This document shows positions 18,671 to 22,518 of a DNA stretch of 22,518 nucleotides, piece after piece. Numbering within the stretch: the first letter of the stretch is position 1; each line of letters starts with the position of its first letter. The notes under the pieces were generated by a model. That model was not told where the DNA came from, made no database searches, and was given only the letters and a program-made list of their open reading frames with translations. The DNA comes from Giardia intestinalis (Eukaryota): NCBI GenBank assembly GCA_000002435.2, contig AACB03000010.1. One strand, written 5' to 3'. Position numbers and translations under genes: made by a program.

Positions 18671-21600
18671 ATGCGTTCCGCCCTTTCCGCGCCTTCGGGA
18701 ACCACGGAGATCGGGGCTTCCTCAGGCCCAGAGCCTCCCAACCACGCTCCAACCGACTCCCACAGGCCCCTACCTAGGGGCACTCCCGATCCTATGACGC
18801 TGGGTGACGGCAACGATGCCTCGACGACCGCCATGGCCCGGCCTTCCTCTTGCGAGCCCCTCTGCGGCTCCCACGGGCCCCCATCCCCCCAGCCTGGGCC
18901 TGGCAACAGCCGTTCCGCCACGGACAACTCTCCCAATGAGTCTTCTCCTGTCCATGGCTTACAGGGCTCCGGGGCCTCGGTGGCCCGGGACGCCTCTCCT
19001 CCCTGCCTGTCGAACGACCTTCTGCCCTGTGGCCAGGAGCCCCTCCCGATTCCCGACGACGGCCTCCCATACGACCTGGGCCACGACAACTCCCCGTCCA
19101 TCACGGACGAGCAGGAGGCCCGGGGCGCAGACCTGCCTGCTCCTGGGGGCCGTACGACTGTCTGCGAGCGCTGCGGAGAGGTGCTGCCTGACTCTGCGGC
19201 GATCGATGTCCACATCGGGATGCACCATCCGCCTCCCGGTTCACCTTCTCCGTCGCGCAGCCCTTCTCCGCTGTCGGGGTCTGCCCCTCCACCTGCAGCC
19301 GCCGAGCCCTCTCCCTCGCCAACGCCGGACCCTGTGTTCCCGTATGCATGCAGCATGTGCCGGGCCCGATACAAAACGGAGAGGGGGCTGAAGGCCCATA
19401 TCGCCAGGCTCGGCCACTACCTCCCGCTCGACGCCACAGTCCCCGAGCGCATCGGGGTGCCTAGTGGCAGCCCGTCCCCTGAGCTGCTTCGCCTCCTCAC
19501 TGACGTATTCACAGAGATGGCGGGGCGCCTTCCTCCTGTAGAGGCCCTAGCGCGCTTCCTCTCGACGTGCCGCCGCATGGAGGGCTCTGGACGGCTCCCC
19601 CCGGCGCAGTCGCTTCTCCGGAAGGGGCTGCTCGGCCGGGCATGGCAGGCGCTGTTGAGCGAGACGTCCTCTGCCGCCAGGGTCCCCGAGCCCCAGGGCA
19701 AGGAGCGGGAAGCGATTGTCCATGAGCTCCACCCGCGCCCCATGCCTGTCTCTCTGCCCCCCGTCCATCACGTGCTCGGCCCGTCGCCCAAGATAACGGC
19801 CAAGGCGCTGCTGAAGGAGCTGCAGGCGATGAGGCCTGTCGCGGCCGGACCCTCTGGGCTGGGGAAGCCTCACCTCCTGCACCTTTGTGGGGCCGCCGGG
19901 GCTGCGGAGCTCTTCACCTCTGTCCTGACGACCCTCTTCTCCAGCAGGAACTGGGCCCAGCTCCAGCCCCTGTGCGAGTTCAGGCTGAAGCTTCTGCCCA
20001 AGTCTGGCGGCCGATGGCGCCCTATCGCAGTGCAGGAGACGCTTCTGGTCGCCTTCCACCGCTTGCTCCTGCGTCGGACTCCCGCGCTCCGCAAGCTCCC
20101 GGCGTGGCAGCTGGCCTTTGAGCACCTCGCCCAGATGAAGGCGATCCGCGCGGCCGAGGAGCTGAAGAGGACACACCACCTGCTCACGGTGGATGTGCGG
20201 AATGCCTTCAACAGCGTCCCGCATTCCGTCATCCTCTTTGCGCTCCGCCGGGCAGGGGTGGTCCAGCCGACCGTCGCGTACATTGAGTCGTTCCTCGCGG
20301 CTCGGCACTCCTCGGACCTCCCCGCGGTCCCAGCGGGCGTGCCACAGGGGGACCCGCTGTCCATGGCGATGTTCTGCCAGAGCCTTGTCTGGCCGGTGGA
20401 GACGTACCTCGGCCAGTACAAGGTCGTTGCATACGCCGACGACCTCGTCATTGCGTCAGAGGAGGCGATTCCCATAGATACCGTGAAGAGTGACGCGCAG
20501 TCTGCCCTCTCCCGCATAGGGCTCACGGTCGAGCTCTCGAAGTGCTCCTCGACCCAGGCCGGGGCGATCTCCTTCATGGGCACCCGCGTGCTCAAGCACT
20601 CCTCCTTCAACCTCGCGCAGACATCGGCCCGCCGGCTCCACGAGCATCTCGCCGTCCTCCGTGCTTCGGGTCTCTCACTCCACGACCGCCTCAGGCTCCT
20701 GTCTGCCTGCGTCGTCCCTGCAGTTAACTATGGACCCCTTGTTGACGACTACCCGGGCCCGTCCCCCTATGCCGACGTCGATGCGCAGATAGTGGAGGAG
20801 GTCGCGACCCTTCTGGAGATCCCCGAACCCCTTGCGAAGACCCTTGCTCTGACGCCCCGCGCGAAGTACGGCCTCGGACTGGTGCTGCCCCATCACTACT
20901 ACGACGAGATGCACAGGCAGCGCCAGGACATGAAGGCGGGCGTCTTCCGCGAGCTGAGGAAGAAGCGCCTGCAGGACACGGCCGCGCTCCGATCCTTCCT
21001 GCCGCTCGCATTGCTGGGCTGCGCACCCCTGGACAACACGCAGGTCCTGTTCATAGGGGACTGCTTGGCGGGGAGGTACCAGCGGGGCCGGCCGATGGGC
21101 ACGTGCTGCCACTGCAAGCAGCCCTTCCTTCCCAGGCACCATCTGGTGTGCAAGGCCATTAACGGGATTCACGTGGCGCGGCACGACAAGATTCTGGACG
21201 CCCTGCTCGCGTGCTCCCGCGGTCGCGCTGGGTCTGTTGTGCGCAATCCCACGATCCCAGTGGATCACCTCCAGCCTGACCTTGTCATCGGTGGGGGCTT
21301 CGGGGACTTGGTGGTCACTGTCCCGTGGAGGCTGGAGCGGTCCTATGCCCTGAAGGCCGCCAAGTATCGCCCCCTCGTGCTCCAGGGGCGGGCGGCCCAC
21401 ATCCTCCCCGTCGTGGTCGGTGCTGACGGCGTCCTGCACCACCTGTCTGCGGCCGGACTCGCGTTCGCCGGCGTGGACCTTGCGCGCTTCATGCAGGAGG
21501 CGGCGCAGGTCATCCTCTGGCACTACAGGCTGTCGGCCCTCCTGTACGCTGGGCTGCGAGTGGAGAGGCCGGTGCACCGCCCCGCCCCTGCAGTATCCCT

Positions 21601-22000
21601 GCCGGAACCGGCTCCCAACGAGGCTCGGGCTACTCCTCCTACTCCCCTCACCCCTGCCATGTGGAGCCCTGGCACGTCGCCCTCCGTAGAGATCATGGCC
21701 GATCTCAGCCAGCATCCTGATGCGGCAGTCCCTCCTCCCTGGGGTCCTGCTGAGGTCTCCTCCTCGATCACCTGGGGCACCGATCACCCCGCACAGCCGG
21801 ATGCAAACGAACGCCCAGACCCCTTCATGTGCTCAAGGGCCCCCTCCCCGCCTCCACTGGATGACGACAGCCCCGACGATGCAGGAGCACCCGAGCCGGT
21901 GCACAAGGCCCTGCCGTCCTTCTTCAAGCGCGTCGGTCCTCCCAAGCCGCATGCCCCTGATGGCTTCTACCCCTTCAAACGCATCGACACGGGGCGCTAG
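18671..22000 (+). CDS. Non-LTR retrotransposon RT/REL-endonuclease polyprotein, third full copy (1109 aa, identical translation).
   Basis: The ORF-track protein is identical to the other two copies. Confidence 0.9.
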   Translation: MRSALSAPSGTTEIGASSGPEPPNHAPTDSHRPLPRGTPDPMTLGDGNDASTTAMARPSSCEPLCGSHGPPSPQPGPGNSRSATDNSPNESSPVHGLQGSGASVARDASPPCLSNDLLPCGQEPLPIPDDGLPYDLGHDNSPSITDEQEARGADLPAPGGRTTVCERCGEVLPDSAAIDVHIGMHHPPPGSPSPSRSPSPLSGSAPPPAAAEPSPSPTPDPVFPYACSMCRARYKTERGLKAHIARLGHYLPLDATVPERIGVPSGSPSPELLRLLTDVFTEMAGRLPPVEALARFLSTCRRMEGSGRLPPAQSLLRKGLLGRAWQALLSETSSAARVPEPQGKEREAIVHELHPRPMPVSLPPVHHVLGPSPKITAKALLKELQAMRPVAAGPSGLGKPHLLHLCGAAGAAELFTSVLTTLFSSRNWAQLQPLCEFRLKLLPKSGGRWRPIAVQETLLVAFHRLLLRRTPALRKLPAWQLAFEHLAQMKAIRAAEELKRTHHLLTVDVRNAFNSVPHSVILFALRRAGVVQPTVAYIESFLAARHSSDLPAVPAGVPQGDPLSMAMFCQSLVWPVETYLGQYKVVAYADDLVIASEEAIPIDTVKSDAQSALSRIGLTVELSKCSSTQAGAISFMGTRVLKHSSFNLAQTSARRLHEHLAVLRASGLSLHDRLRLLSACVVPAVNYGPLVDDYPGPSPYADVDAQIVEEVATLLEIPEPLAKTLALTPRAKYGLGLVLPHHYYDEMHRQRQDMKAGVFRELRKKRLQDTAALRSFLPLALLGCAPLDNTQVLFIGDCLAGRYQRGRPMGTCCHCKQPFLPRHHLVCKAINGIHVARHDKILDALLACSRGRAGSVVRNPTIPVDHLQPDLVIGGGFGDLVVTVPWRLERSYALKAAKYRPLVLQGRAAHILPVVVGADGVLHHLSAAGLAFAGVDLARFMQEAAQVILWHYRLSALLYAGLRVERPVHRPAPAVSLPEPAPNEARATPPTPLTPAMWSPGTSPSVEIMADLSQHPDAAVPPPWGPAEVSSSITWGTDHPAQPDANERPDPFMCSRAPSPPPLDDDSPDDAGAPEPVHKALPSFFKRVGPPKPHAPDGFYPFKRIDTGR

Positions 22001-22518
22001 TGGTCATGCTTGGGCACCCTGCCCGCTGTCGCTGCCCCACAGCGCGAACGGACCCTGGGCCTGCGTGCCGAGCTGTCTCCCCTGGTACTCCTCGCTCGCA
22101 CCCGAGGCCTCTTGCCCCTATCATTCGGGTGTGCATCACGTCCAGACACGGTGCGATAGATGCCTAGCCGCGATGCCATACACACTCGACCAGGCCGGCC
22201 AGGCCGGACGCCCCCCTGGATGGCCAGACACCCGCCCTGCCTACGTTTGGGCACTTTCCTCGATGGACTCGTCATCTGCCCACGCCGCAGCCCGGTGTTC
22301 GTCTGTCTGTCCTCCCGGGCAGCGGCGGTCCTTGGGTGCTGAGTCTGGCGAGCTGGTGCTGGGGAAGAGGCTAGCCCCGTGTGTCATTCGTACCATCGCA
22401 CCGCGCCGTGCTGATCCCCCATGGAACTGCCCGCCAGTGGCCGCCTCCGGTCCGGGGCGGCAACAGCCCTGGCTCGGGCCATCCCTCTGCTGCAGCGCCC
22501 CGGTGCCCCCTGGAGAGG
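22001..22518 (+). other. Post-ORF unique region, truncated by the window end. It carries ~8 single-base indels relative to 8724..9241.
   Basis: Aligns to the start of the 1357-bp region. Example differences: gtcgctgcc vs gtcggctgcc, gaccctggg vs gacccctggg, ggcggcaacagcc vs ggcggcacagcc. Confidence 0.7.

Larger units (their letters stand above)
18671..22518 (+). mobile_element. Composite retroelement unit 3, 3'-truncated by the window.
   Basis: Full ORF plus the first 518 bp of the post-ORF region. Confidence 0.75.

Overview
The window is a GC-rich eukaryotic-type sequence consisting entirely of a head-to-tail tandem array of one composite retroelement unit, all on the + strand. Each unit has four parts. 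First, a 3330-bp single ORF of 1109 aa with two N-terminal C2H2 zinc fingers, a reverse transcriptase with intact motifs (LPKSGGRWRPI, TVDVRNAFNSV, GVPQGDPLS, YADD) and a C-terminal CCHC motif plus a PD-(D/E)xK endonuclease domain. This is the restriction-enzyme-like-endonuclease domain family of site-specific non-LTR retrotransposons (the 'R2-like' REL-endo group: R2, R4, CRE/SLACS, NeSL, Genie/GilM-GilT). Second, a ~1357-bp unique non-coding region. Third, a variable number (4, 1, 4) of a 775-bp tandem monomer. Fourth, a pure A16 tract that ends 2 nt before the next unit's ATG. Full ORF copies lie at 5394..8723, 10870..14199 and 18671..22000. Their translations are identical in all six frames, so the interior units appear nucleotide-identical. 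A fourth copy, truncated by the window, lies at 1..928 and has several 1-bp homopolymer indels. The right edge after 22030 also carries 1-bp indels. The unit length is 5476 bp with one monomer and 7801 bp with four (5476 + 3x775). No host flanking DNA, rRNA, tRNA or telomeric array is visible. The window therefore cannot resolve whether the 775-bp monomers are 3'UTR repeats, 5' promoter monomers, or a host satellite target. The overall picture resembles telomere-associated or satellite-inserted REL-endo retrotransposon arrays such as GilM/GilT/Genie-1 of Giardia, but that assignment is a hypothesis made from memory and not a database hit.
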